From: an uncultured Solirubrobacteraceae bacterium
Lineage (GTDB): Bacteria > Actinomycetota > Thermoleophilia > Solirubrobacterales > Solirubrobacteraceae
NCBI GenBank assembly: GCA_963843485.1
Contig: CAWJKK010000015.1
Span: 213,128 to 277,127 of the forward strand
Direction of reading: 5' to 3'
Length of the DNA stretch: 64,000 nt
Within the stretch, counting starts at the first letter, position 1; every line of letters begins with the position of its first letter. Positions 10,980-21,725 of this stretch are shown here, in pieces. The notes below the pieces were generated by a model, which was not told where the DNA came from, ran no database searches, and saw only the letters and a list, made by a program, of their open reading frames with translations. The position numbers and the translations under genes were made by a program.

Positions 10980-11006
10980 GGGCCCCGAGGCTACGCTTCG
11001 TGCGCG

Positions 11007-11759
11007 ATGCGCCTGCGTCTGATCCGCAACGCCACGCTGCGCGTGAAGCTCGGCGGCAAGCTCCTGCTGATCGACCCGATGCTCGATCCCGCCGGGGCGC
11101 GCGAGCCGGTCGAGGACACGCCGAACCCGCGTCGCAACCCGCTCGTCGAGCTCCCCGAGCCGCCCGCGATCGTGGTCGGCGGCATCGACGGGATCATCGT
11201 CACCCACCTGCACCGCGACCACCTCGACGCGACCGCGATCGAGCTGCTGCCGAAGCACCTGCCGCTGTTCTGCCAGCCGCCGGACGCCCAGACGCTGCGC
11301 GACCACGGCTTCGGCGACGTGCGGCCGGTCGACGACGCGGTCGACTTCGACGGCCTGCGGATCGCGCGCACGGCCGGGCGGCACGGCAGCGGCGAGATCG
11401 GCGCCGCGCTGGCGCCGGTCAGCGGCTTCGCGCTCGGCGGCCCGGACGGCCTCTACGTCGCCGGCGACACGATCTGGTGCGACGAGGTGCGCGCGGCGAT
11501 CGCCGAGCACCGGCCGGCCGCGATCGTCGTCAACGCCGGCGGCGCGCGCTTCCTCACCGGCGACCCGATCGTGATGACCACCGACGACGTCGTCGCCGTC
11601 GCCCGCCACGCCCCGCAGGCGCGGATCATCGCGGTCCACCTGGAGGCGATCAACCACTGCCTGCAGACGCGCGCCGACCTGCACCAGCGCCTGCGCGACG
11701 AGCGCCTCACCGATCAGGTCACCGTCCCCGAGGACGGCGCCGAGGTCCCGCTGCCCTAG
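11007..11759 (+). CDS. MBL-fold metallo-hydrolase
   Basis: ATG at 11007 lies within ORF 10503..11759. It carries THLHRDH (an HxHxDH-type motif) and C-terminal His/Asp ligands. Intact. Confidence 0.8.
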   Translation: MRLRLIRNATLRVKLGGKLLLIDPMLDPAGAREPVEDTPNPRRNPLVELPEPPAIVVGGIDGIIVTHLHRDHLDATAIELLPKHLPLFCQPPDAQTLRDHGFGDVRPVDDAVDFDGLRIARTAGRHGSGEIGAALAPVSGFALGGPDGLYVAGDTIWCDEVRAAIAEHRPAAIVVNAGGARFLTGDPIVMTTDDVVAVARHAPQARIIAVHLEAINHCLQTRADLHQRLRDERLTDQVTVPEDGAEVPLP

Positions 11760-11761
11760 CG

Positions 11762-12292
11762 CTACTCGGCGCCCGCGGGGTGCGGAGCCGTCGGGTCCTC
11801 GCTCTCCTCGCCGGCGTGCTCGCGCGCCAGGTAGTTCTCGATCTCCATCGGATCGTCCTTGGAGCGGTCGACCACGCGCAGCAGGTCGGACATCGTCGCG
11901 ACCTCCTCGATCTGCTCCTTGATGAACCACTGCATGAACTGCTCGCTCGCGTAGTCGCCCGCCTCGCGGGCGGCGGCGGCGAGGCCGTTGATCTGCTCGG
12001 TGACCCGCTTCTCCTGCGCGAGCGCGAGCCTGACCGGGGCGACGATGTCCTCGAACCGGGTCTCCGGCGCGGCGACGCCCGGCACGATCACCTCGGCGTC
12101 GGCGTCGACGAGGTACTGGACCATCATCATCGCGTGGTCGCGCTCCTCGAGCGCCTGGCGGTAGAAGAAGCGCGCGAGCTGCGGCAGCGTCTCGGCGTCG
12201 TAGTGCACGGCGGCCGCGACGTACTGCTGGTGGGCGGCGAACTCGTTCCCGATCTGCTCGTTGAGCCGGGTGACGAAGGCTTCGGCTGGCAT
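11762..12292 (-). CDS. ferritin (non-heme, bacterial ferritin family)
   Basis: Intact 176-aa ORF with the ferroxidase-centre pattern NEFAAHQQY...EERDHAMMM...EKRVTEQI...EQIEE. Confidence 0.85.
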   Translation of the reverse strand: MPAEAFVTRLNEQIGNEFAAHQQYVAAAVHYDAETLPQLARFFYRQALEERDHAMMMVQYLVDADAEVIVPGVAAPETRFEDIVAPVRLALAQEKRVTEQINGLAAAAREAGDYASEQFMQWFIKEQIEEVATMSDLLRVVDRSKDDPMEIENYLAREHAGEESEDPTAPHPAGAE

Positions 12293-12311
12293 AGGACTGG
12301 ACCTTACGTCA

Positions 12312-12327
12312 GTTAGGGCTCCCTAAC
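12312..12327. promoter_or_regulatory. perfect 7-2-7 palindrome GTTAGGGctCCCTAAC between the divergent ferritin and Cys-rich microprotein genes (candidate operator)
   Basis: Read directly. The TTAGG/CCTAA half-sites resemble DtxR/IdeR iron-box half-sites, but the spacing differs. Confidence 0.3.
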
Positions 12328-12349
12328 GGGGTGCTAGCCTCGGCGCAAC

Positions 12350-12535
12350 GTGCCCGAGGCGAAGATCGTCAAGCCCAAGAAGCGCTGCTGCAAGGACAAG
12401 CCGCGCTGCAAGAAGTGCCCCGTCGTCTGCAAGCGGCTGATGACCGAAGGGCTCGCCGAGCGGCTCGACAACGGGCGCTACATGCTCGATCCGGGGCTGC
12501 GCAAGAAAGCCCTCAAGGCGGCGCGCGCCCGGTAG
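12350..12535 (+). CDS. small basic Cys-rich protein (61 aa, CC-x5-C-x2-C-x3-C), function unknown
   Basis: GTG-start ORF with nearly all G/C at third codon positions: MPEAKIVKPKKRCCKDKPRCKKCPVVCKRL... Confidence 0.6.
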   Translation: MPEAKIVKPKKRCCKDKPRCKKCPVVCKRLMTEGLAERLDNGRYMLDPGLRKKALKAARAR

Positions 12536-12556
12536 CAGCGTTATCCTGCCCCCGTC

Positions 12557-13502
12557 ATGGCCACCTGCGTTGTCACGGGTGGCGCGGGATTCCTCGGGTC
12601 GCATCTGTGCGACGAGCTGCTTCGCCGCGGCCACCACGTCATCTGCGTGGACAACTTCGAGACGGGATCCCTCGCCAACATCGAGCACATCCGCGTGCCG
12701 GAGTTCCGGCACATCCACACGGACATCATCGAGCCCTTCTTCGTCGACGAGCACGTCGACTTCGTCTACCACTTCGCCTCCCCGGCGTCGCCGATCGACT
12801 ACCTGCGGCTGCCGCTGCACACGCTCAAGGTCGGCTCCTACGGGACGCACAACGCGCTCGGCCTGGCCAAGCACCACCGCGCGCGCTTCCTGACCGCCTC
12901 GACCTCCGAGGTCTACGGCGACCCGCAGGTCCACCCGCAGCCCGAGACCTACTGGGGCCACGTGAACCCGATCGGGCCGCGCGGCGTGTACGACGAGGCC
13001 AAGCGCTACGCCGAGGCGCTGACGATGGCCTACCACCGCCAGCAGGGCGTGGACACGGCGATCGTGCGCATCTTCAACACGTACGGGCCGCGGATGCGCC
13101 CGCACGACGGCCGCGCGATCCCGACGTTCATGCGCCAGGCGCTGCAGGACCGGCCGATCACCGTCTTCGGCGACGGCTCCCAGACCCGCTCCTTCTGCTT
13201 ACGTCAGCGACCTGATCGACGGCATCATCCGGCTCGCGGAGTCGGGCATCCACCATCCCGTCAACATCGGCAACCCGAACGAGTTCACGCTGCTCGAGCT
13301 GGCCACCGCGGTGATCGAGGTCACCGGTTCGCGGTCGGAGATCGTGCACGAGGCACTCCCCACGGACGACCCGAAGGTCCGCCAGCCCGACATCTCGCTC
13401 GCGCGCGAGCTGCTCGGCTGGGAGCCGACAGTCGAGCTGCGCGAGGGCCTGCAGCGCACGCTCGAGCGACTCGGGCGTCGAGGCGCTGACCGGCAGCGGT
13501 AG
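12557..13502 (+). CDS. UDP-glucuronate decarboxylase (UDP-xylose synthase-type SDR); extra T at 13199/13200 breaks the frame
   Basis: Contains [19 protein letters not shown] and the YDEAKR catalytic triad region. After ...[10 protein letters not shown] the protein continues as YVSDLIDGI...NIGNPNEFT... in the frame of ORF 13311..13502. Confidence 0.85.
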
Positions 13503-13558
13503 CTCCTAACACCGCTACATCCGTCTCCGTGAGGCGTTGACAGCTCACGGCACGACTC

Positions 13559-15080
13559 TTGGCTGAAGCACCGACCCAGACCCCGCAGCGCCCGCGCAGC
13601 ACCGCAGAGCCGGTGGTGCCGAGGCTCCCCTCCGTCGACGTCCGCCGCAAGCGGCCGCCGGCGCTCGCCTTCCTGCTGCGCATGGAGACGCTGCGCCGCG
13701 CCCTGCGCGTGGGCTCGCTGCTGGTGCTCGACTTCGCCGGCCTGTTCTCCGCGATCTGGGTCGCGCTGATGGTCAAGGCGATCGTGCGCGACGGCGAGTG
13801 GGCGCTCCACGCCTCCTACGTCGAGTCGCGCGAGACGGTCGCCTTCGCGTACCTGCTCGACCGTGCTGCTGTTCGCCCGCTCGGGGCTCTACGCCTCGCG
13901 CGCCGAGCGGCCCGGCCTCGCGCGCATCGTCTCCTCGCTGTTCCAGGTGACGGTCGTCGCGCTGATCTTCGCGCTCGTCCAGGGCGAGGAGTACTCGAGC
14001 TACTACATCTTCTACGGCACGCTGGCGTTCGCGATCTGCTTCATCGGCTCGATCCGCTGGGTCTACGAGCAGGTCACCGGCATGGTGCTGCGCGCGGCCG
14101 GCTACCGCCGCCGCGCGGTGCTGGTCGGCTCGGGCAAGCACATCGAGGACGTCGCCCACGCGCTGGTCGACGAGGTGCACGCGCCGGTCGAGATGGTCGG
14201 CTTCATCTCGCTCACGCCGCGGCCCGACAACGGCCTCAAGTCGCTCGGGCGGATCGAGGACCTCGCCGAGGTGCTCGACGTGCACCGCGTGCAGGAGGTG
14301 ATCATCGCCGACCCGGACTTCCCGCAGGAGCGCGCGGTCGAGCTGGTCGACCAGTGCCACCGGCGGGCGGTGACCGTGCGGATCGCGCCGTCGACGATGG
14401 AGATCCTCGTGCACCGGGCCGAGTTCGTGCCCGGCGCGTCGGTGCCGCTGTTCGAGCTGCGGCCGCCGGTGTTCGACGGCTTCGACTACGTCCTCAAGCG
14501 GTCGTTCGACTTCTTCGTGGCGCTGCTGCTGACGCTCGTGCTCAGCCCGCTGCTGCTGCTGATCTCGGTCGCGGTGGCGATCTCCTCGCGCGGGCCGGTC
14601 TTCTACCGGTCGCAGCGGCCGGGCATCGGCGGCGAGGCGTTCGCGTGCCTGAAGTTCCGCACGATGCGCTCGGGCGCCGACCAGATGCAGGCCGACCTGG
14701 AGAGCCTGAACGAGGCGTCGGGCGCGCTGTTCAAGATCCGCCGCGACCCGCGGCTCACGCGCGTCGGCGTGCTGCTGCGGCGCTACTCGCTCGACGAGCT
14801 GCCGCAGCTGTTCAACGTGCTCGCCGGCCAGATGTCGCTCGTCGGCCCGCGGCCGCTGCCGCAGCGCGACTTCGACCAGCTCGAGGACTGGCACAAGAAG
14901 CGCTACCTCGTGCTGCCGGGGATCACCGGCCTGTGGCAGGTGTCGGGGCGCTCGGAGCTCGACTTCGACGACCTCGTGCGGCTCGACTTCCTCTACCTCG
15001 AGCGCTGGTCGGTCGGTCTCGACCTGGCGATCCTGCTCAAGACCGTGCCCGCGGTCCTGAGCCGCCGCGGCGCCTTCTGA
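13559..15080 (+). CDS. polyprenyl-phosphate glycosylphosphotransferase (WbaP/CpsE-type priming sugar transferase); frame break near 13860
   Basis: The N-terminal TM region is in ORF 13559. The remainder is in ORF 13863..15080, with KRSFDFFVALLL, KFRTM, the SLDELPQLFNVLAGQMSLVGPRP catalytic domain and a central CoA_binding-like domain. Confidence 0.85.
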
Positions 15081-15081
15081 C

Positions 15082-15850
15082 GTGATCGCCGACGCGCCCC
15101 CGGGCGACGTCGCGCACCGGTTCGCGGTCTCCGTCGCTCGCGGCGGCGCGCGCCCCGCCGCGAGCGTGCGCGAGCGGCGCGCCCAGCTGCGCCTGCGGGA
15201 CCGGTTCGGCAACGCCGGGCTGACCGTGCGGGTGCAGCGCTTCGGCACGCCGCGCGGGCCGTCGCGGAACGTGATCGGCGTCTGGGACGGCAGCGGCACC
15301 TGCGTGCGGGTGCTGATGGCGCACGCCGACACCGTCCCGCCCAGCCCCGGCGCCGAGGACAACGCCTCCGGGCTCGGGCTGCTGGCCGCCCTGGCGCCGC
15401 GGCTGCGCGTGCTGGCGCCGCGCTGCGACGTCTGGCTCGTCGCCACCGGCGCCGAGGAGCGGATCCACACGGGCTCGCCGGACCACCTGGGCGCGCTGGC
15501 GCTGGCGCGGATCGTCCCGCGGCGGCGCCTGCGCTACGCGCTCTCGCTCGACGAGGTCGGGCGCGGCTCCGCGTTCCGGCTGCGCTCGCCCGCGGCGGCG
15601 CCGCGGCGGCGGGTCGAGGGCGAGCTGCTGGCCGCCGCACGGCGCACGCGCGTGGCCGTGCGACTGGCTGCGCGACGACGGCACCGGCAACTCCGACCAC
15701 CGCGAGTTCGAGCTCGCCGGGCTGCCCGGCGTCAAGCTCGGTGGGCGGGAGAATGCATGCCGCCACTCGGCGTGCGATACCGTCGACCGACTCGAGCGGC
15801 GCGCGCTCGGCCGGGTCCAGCGGGTGGTCGAGGCAGTGTTGCGTCGCTGA
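15082..15850 (+). CDS. M28 family metallopeptidase (frame break near 15660)
   Basis: GTG at 15082. Contains VLMAHADTVPPSPGAEDNASGLG and EERIHTGS. After the shift the frame reads WLRDDGTGNSDHREFELAGLPGVKL...ACDTVD... to TGA at 15848-15850. Confidence 0.6.
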
Positions 15851-15895
15851 CCCCGCGTCAAGGCGCGCGTACGACGTGCCGACGAAGGTCCCAAG

Positions 15896-17231
15896 GTGTC
15901 ACGGATCCCCGAATATGGCGGTCGGTTCGGGCCGGAGCAGGCGCGCCGGCTGCTCTGGCGTGCGGGCTTCGGGCCCTCGCGCGGGCAGGCCGAGCGGCTC
16001 GCCCGCATGGGCCTCGACCGCGCCGTGCGCTCGCTGACGCATCCGCGTTCGACGCGCCTCGACGGCCGCCCGGCGCGCGACGAGGACGGGCGCGCGCTGG
16101 CGCCGCGCGACGCCTGGGGCCACGACCACTGCTGGTGGCTCGACCGGATGGTGCGCACGCGCGCGCCGCTCGTGGAGCGGATGACGCTCGTCTGGCACGA
16201 CTGGTTCGCGACCTCCAAGGGCCGGTGCGACGCAGACGCTGATGCTGCGCCAGAACGCGATGCTGCGCCGCCACGCGCTCGGCTCGTTCGAGGCGCTGAC
16301 GCGCGACGTCACGCGCGACCCGGCGATGCTGCTGTGGCTCAACGGGATCACGAACTCGCGCGGGAGCCGAACGAGAACTACGCGCGCGAGCTGCAGGAGC
16401 TGTTCACGCTCGGCGCCGGCCGCGGCTACGGCGAGCGCGACGTGCGCGCGATGGCGCGCGCGCTGACCGGCTGGCGCAGCGAGTGGAGCGACGGCCGCGG
16501 CCCGCACTCGTTCCGCTTCGACCGCGAGTCTGCACGACCGCGGCGTCAAGCGCATCTACGGCCGCCGCGGGCGCTACGGCTGGGAGGACGCCGTACGGCT
16601 CGCCGTGCGCCACCGCCAGCACCCGTCGTTCATGGTCCGCAAGCTCTGGGGCTACTTCATCCCGACGCCGCCGCCGCGCGGCACGGCGCGCGACCTCGAG
16701 CGGCTGTACGTGCGCTCCGGCCGGCGGGTGCGCCCGCTGCTGGACGCGATCCTGCGCCACCCGCACCTCTACGACCCCGGCCGCCGGATGGCCAAGCCGC
16801 CGGTCGTGCAGGCCGCCGGGATGCTGCGGGCGCGCGGGCGCGGCGTCGACACCACCGCGTGGTCGTGGCTCTGCGAGCAGGCCGGGCAGATGCTGTTCGA
16901 GCCGCCGAACGTCTCCGGCTGGGACGACGAGAGCTGGCTCGACACCGGCACGTTCCGCGCGCGCTGGTGGATGGCGGCCGAGATCTGCAACCGCGAGCGG
17001 CTCGACGACGGCGCCAAGGCGCCCGCGAACGCCGCGAAGCTCGTCGACCGCGCCACCGCCTTCTGGGACGGCACGCCGCTGACCCGGCCGACGCGCCAGG
17101 CGCTCGAGCGCTACGCCCGCGGCGCGCTCGCGACCGCCGACCAGGAGTGGAAGCGCGAGGCGTACCCGCCGCTGATCGAGAACGCGCTCCGGATGCTGAT
17201 CGCCGTCTCCCCCGACTACCTGACCGCATGA
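15896..17231 (+). CDS. DUF1800 domain protein (at least 3 frame breaks near 16225, 16365 and 16530)
   Basis: Segments MTLVWHDWFATS, MLRQNAMLRRHALGSFEALTRDVTRDPAMLLWLN, NENYARELQELFTLG and the intact C-terminal ORF 16605..17231 together match the DUF1800 architecture. Confidence 0.75.
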
Positions 17232-18574
17232 GCCACGACACCACCGTCTGCTGCGCCGAGCACGGCCTCCCCGGCATCGAGACGGGCATGCCCGCGCCCG
17301 CGGGGACCGGGCTGTCGCGGCGCTCGTTCGTGCTGCGCTCGGCCGGGCTCGCGCTGTCGGTCTACGGCGCCGGCCGGCTCGGCGGCCTGCCGGCGTTCGA
17401 GGAGGGCGTGGCGCGCGCGCAGGGCGGCGGACCGGGCACGGTGCTCGTCAGCGTGTTCCTCGACGGCGGCGCGGACAGCCTCTCGATCCTGGCGCCGGTC
17501 GGCGATCCCGCCTACCGCAAGCTGCGGCCGGGCCTCGCGGTCGCCGGCGGGACGCCGTTCGCCGAGGACGGGCGGCTCGCCTGGCACCCCGCGGCCACGC
17601 CGCTGGCCGCAGCTGCACGCCGAGGGCAAGCTCACCGTGCTGCCCGCCGTCGGCTACGCCAGCCCGGACCAGTCGCACTTCGTCTCGCGCCACTTCTGGG
17701 AGGTCGGCGCGCTCGACCCGCAGCTGCGCTCCGGCTGGATGGGCCGGCTGCTCGACCGCATCGGCACCGCCGACAACCCGCTCCAGGGCGTGTCGATGGG
17801 CGGCAGCCTCGGCCCGTCGCTGGCCGCGGCGCGCGTGCCGGTCGCGGCGGTCGACGCGCCCGAGGACTTCGGCTTCTGGGCCCCGGGCGCGTGGGGGCCG
17901 CCGGGCGACCTCGCGGTCGAGGCGTTCGCCGACGTCGGCCACGCGCTGAAGGGCTCGCGCGATCCGGCGCTCGCCCAGGCCGCGCGCGCGGCGGCGTTCG
18001 CCGGCGGCGTGCGGCGGTCGCTGGCGCCGCTCGGCCGCGACGGCGAGCCGGCGTACACGCCCGCCGCCGCCTACCCGGCGTCCGACGACCGCTTCCCGCG
18101 CCGGCTCGCCGGCCTGGCGGCGATGCTCGCCGCCGGGCTGCCCGTGCGCTGCGCGACGATCAACGCGCCGGGCGCCTGGGACACGCACGCCAACCAGGAG
18201 CGCGAGCTGCACGGAGAACCTGTCGCTGACCAGCGCGTCGCTGCTGGCCTTCCAGCGCGACCTCGAGGCGCGCGGGCTCGCCGGCCGCGTGCTCACGCTC
18301 GTCTGGTCCGAGTTCGGCCGCCGGGCGGCGGAGAACGGCTCCGGCACCGACCACGGCGCGGCCGGCATCGGGTTCATCATGGGCACGCGCGCGAGCGGGC
18401 GCATGATCGGCGAGTTCCCGGGCCTCGGCGTCGCTCGACCCCGACGGCAACCTGCGCGCGACCTCCGACTTCCGCGGCCTCTACGCCGCGCTCTCCGCCG
18501 ACTGGTTCGGCGTCGACCCGGCCGCCGTGCTGCCCGGCCTGGGCGGCCTCGGGCGCCCGAGGATCCTCAAGTGA
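17228..18574 (+). CDS. DUF1501 domain protein with Tat-type signal (at least 3 frame breaks)
   Basis: ATG at 17228 (ATGA overlap). Contains the RRSFVLRSAG twin-arginine signal, SVFLDGGADSLS, GYASPDQSHF, WDTHANQ, SEFGRRAAENGSGTDHG and the C-terminus DFRGLYAALSADWFG... ending at TGA 18572-18574. Confidence 0.75.
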
Positions 18575-18921
18575 GCCGCGCGCTGCTGCTCGCGCTGGTG
18601 CTGCTCGCCGCGCTGCCGGGCGCGGCCTCGGCGGCGCCCGCGCGCCTGCTCGTCGAGGCGCGCGAGTTCAACCTCGTGCTCTCGCGCCCGGCGGTCAAGG
18701 CGGGCCGCGCGATCGTGCAGCTCGCCAATCGCGGCGAGGACCCGCACGACCTGCGCATCGTCCGCTTCGGCGGGCGCACCGCCGGCACGATCGGCGAGGT
18801 GCTGCCGGGCGAGGTCGGCGAGTGGGAGGGCCGCCTGCGGCGCGGCCGCTACCGGCTCGTCTGCACGCTCGAAGGCCACCGCTCGTACGGCATGCGCGCG
18901 GTCCTGCGCGCCCGCCGCTAG
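18571..18921 (+). CDS. secreted cupredoxin-like (type-1 copper site-like) protein
   Basis: GTG at 18571 (GTGA overlap with the DUF1501 stop). Signal peptide VSRALLLALVLLAALPGAASA. Ligand-like pattern: DPHD...C-TLEG-H-RSYG-M. Confidence 0.6.
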   Translation: MSRALLLALVLLAALPGAASAAPARLLVEAREFNLVLSRPAVKAGRAIVQLANRGEDPHDLRIVRFGGRTAGTIGEVLPGEVGEWEGRLRRGRYRLVCTLEGHRSYGMRAVLRARR

Positions 18922-20386
18922 CGGCGCCCGCGCAGCACCCGCTCGTCGCCGCGCCGGAGCGTGACGCGCTCGGCGTCGAGGCGCTCGAGGTACGCCTGGG
19001 CGAAGCGGCGCGAGGTGCCGAGCTCGTCGCGCGCGCCGGCCAGCGTGATCGAGCCGTCGCGCTCGATCGCCGCGACGATCGCCTCGCGCGACGGCGGCGA
19101 GCGCGTCGGGGTGGACGTGCAGCGAGCGCCCGAGCCGCACCGCGCGACCGTGCGCGCGCAGCGCCGCGAGCTCCGCGGGCGTGCCGATCGTCGGCCGGCG
19201 GCTCGGTCCCGGCCGCGCGCAGCCGCTCCTCGACGGCGAGCGCGGCCTCGGTCAGCGGCGGCGGCGCGGGCGGCGGCGGCGCGGCGCGGCGGCGGCGGCG
19301 GCGGCGGGCTGCCTCGCCGGCGAGCCGCGCGACCACCTCGGGCGACGGCCCGTGCCGGCGCGGCGCCGGCATCGAGGACGACGCCGCCGCCGAGCGTGTC
19401 CGGCGGCGACGTCGCGCGCATCACGACGCGGTCGCCGCGCACGGCCACGATCGGGCCGCTCGAGCCGCAGCTGCCAGAACCGCCCGCCGAGCGCGACGAG
19501 CGCGCGCCGGCGTGTCGCGCGTGCCGTGGTGCACGACGACCGCGCGCCGCCGGCGGCAGCACGAGGTCCAGCTCGACGTCGACCCGGTACGTCGCCGCGA
19601 TCGCGTCGCCGAGCCGACCACGACGTCGCCGCGCGCGACCTCCTCGCGGCCGAGCGCCGGCGAGGTTGAGCGCGACGCGCTGGCCGGCCTCGGCGCGCTC
19701 GACCGGCTCGTCGTGGACCTCGACGGAGCGGATGCGGGCGCGTCAGGCCGGACGGGAGGACCGTGACGGCGTCGCCGCGGGCGGCGGTCCCCGACCAGAG
19801 CGTGCCGGTCACGACCGTGCCCGCGCCGCGCACGCTGAACGCGCGGTCGACGTGCAGGCGCAGCGGCGCCGCCGGCGCCCGCCCGGCCGGGCACCGCCGC
19901 GGCCGCGCGTTCGAGCGCGGCGCGCAGCGCGTCGAGCCCCGCCCCGGTGCGCGCCGACACCGGCACGACGGCAGCGCCCGGCAGCAGCGCCGCCGCTTCG
20001 GCGGCCGCGCGCTCGGGGCCGGCCAGGTCGGCCTTCGTGATCGCCACGACGCCCGTCGTCACGCCGAGCGCGGCGAGCACGGTCGCGTGCTCGCGGGTCT
20101 GCGGCATCACGCCGTCGTCGGCGGCGACGATCATCAGGCAGCAGGTCGATCCCGGTCGCGCCCGCGACCATCGTGCGCACGAACCGCTCGTGGCCCGGCA
20201 CGTCGACCACCGACAGCCGCCGGCCCGACGGCAGCTCGAGCGGCGCGTAGCCGAGCTCGATCGAGATCCCGCGCTCGCGCTCCTCCGGCAGCCGGTCGGT
20301 GTCGACGCCGGTCAGCGCCTGCACGAGCGCGGTCTTGCCGTGGTCGATGTGCCCCGCCGTGCCGAGCGTGAGCGGCGACGGCTCAT
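18918..20386 (-). CDS. selB: selenocysteine-specific elongation factor SelB (at least 5 frame breaks)
   Basis: Contains [14 protein letters not shown] (G1), DVPGHERF (G3) and ITKADL (G4). Domain II: [18 protein letters not shown]-terminal winged-helix region: [25 protein letters not shown]. The pieces are spread over ORFs 19809.., 19421.., 19252.. and 18918... Confidence 0.8.
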
Positions 20387-21702
20387 GCGACGACGCGCGC
20401 GCGACCTCGACGGCCTCGGCGTCGGTGAGCGTGCGCGGGTCGAGCAGCAGCCGCGCCGTCCTCGATCCGCCCGACGACCGGCGGGTCGCCCGCGCGCAGC
20501 CGCGCGGCGAGCTCGTCGCGCGAGACGCCCGTCGACGGTCACCGCCACCACCGGGCCGGGGAGCTCGAGCAGCGGCAGCGCGCCGCCGCCGACGCGCGCG
20601 ACCGCGTCGACGACCTCGCGCGCCCGCCGATCGCCGCCGCCAGGCGCTCGCGCCCGCGCCGCGCAGCTCGCCTCGCCGGCGGTCAGCATCGCGAGCACCG
20701 GGATCTCGCGCGCGCGCCGGCCGGGTCGCGGTGGAGGCGCAGCGTCGCCTCGAGCGCGGCGAGGGAGAGCTTGTCGAGCCGCAGCGCGCGGGCGAGCGGG
20801 TGCGCGCGGGCGGCGGCGACCGCGTCCGCGCGCCCGACGAGCAGGCCCGCCTGCGGCCCGCCGAGCAGCTTGTCGCCCGAGAAGCAGACGAGCGCGGCGC
20901 CGGCGCGCGACCGAGCGGCGCACCGGCGGCTCGTCGCGCAGGGCGTCGAAGTCGTCGCCGAGCACGCCCGAGCCGACGTCGTCGATCACCGGCACGCCGA
21001 GCTCGCACAGCTCCTCGATCTCGACGCTCCTGCGACGAAGCCGAGCTGGCGGAAGTTCGACGGGTGGACGCGCAGGATCGCGCCGGTGGCCGGGCCGAGC
21101 GCGCGCTCGTAGTCCGCGCGGCGCGTGCGGTTCGTGGTCCCGACCTCGACCAGCCGCGCGCCCGCCTGCGCGATCACGTCCGGGATCCGGAAGCCGCCGC
21201 CGATCTCGACGAGCTGCCCGCGCGAGACGACCACCTCGCGGCCCGGGCCGGCGAGCGCCGCGGCCGCGAGCAGCGTCGCGCCGGCGCCGTTGTTGACCAC
21301 CAGCGCCGCCTCGGCGCCGGTCAGCTCGCACAGCAGCGCCTCGACGTGGTCGTGGCGCGAGCCGCGGGCGCCGCGTCGCGAGGTCGAGCTCGAGGTTCGA
21401 GTAGCCCTCCGCCGCCCGCGCGACCGCCGCGCGCGCCGCGGCGGCCAGCGGCGCGCGGCCGAGGTTCGTGTGCACGATCACGCCGGTCGCGTTCAGCACC
21501 CGCCGCAGCCGCGGGCGCTCGGAGGCCTCGGCCCAGGCCCGCGCGCGCGCCGCCAGATCGGCGTCGCCCGTCGTCGCCGGCGCGCAGCTCCGCGCGCCGC
21601 TCCGCCAGCACCGCCCGTGCGGCCGCGAGCGCCACCGCGCGCGGCGCGTCGACCTCCGCCGCGAGAGCGTCGACCGGGGGCAGCGCAGCGCAGGTCGGAC
21701 AC
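20383..21702 (-). CDS. selA: L-seryl-tRNA(Sec) selenium transferase SelA (at least 5 frame breaks)
   Basis: GTG at 21702 gives MSDLR then (A)LPPVDAL after a 1-nt break. Contains [53 protein letters not shown] and [13 protein letters not shown] (PLP lysine region). The pieces lie in several frames. Confidence 0.8.
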
Positions 21703-21725
21703 CGCGCCGAGGGTACCCTTCCGGC

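Noticed and set aside
13527-13550. Hairpin CCGTGAG-N10-CTCACGG containing a perfect TTGACA (13537-13542), considered as the promoter of the sugar transferase gene
   Set aside because: No acceptable -10 element lies at 16-19 bp, and the coding start (13559) would fall upstream of any resulting TSS. It is more likely a terminator-like hairpin after the decarboxylase gene, but the evidence is too weak to list it as a feature.
13773-15470. 565-aa minus-strand ORF
   Set aside because: It is antisense to the priming sugar transferase, which has unambiguous catalytic motifs on the plus strand.
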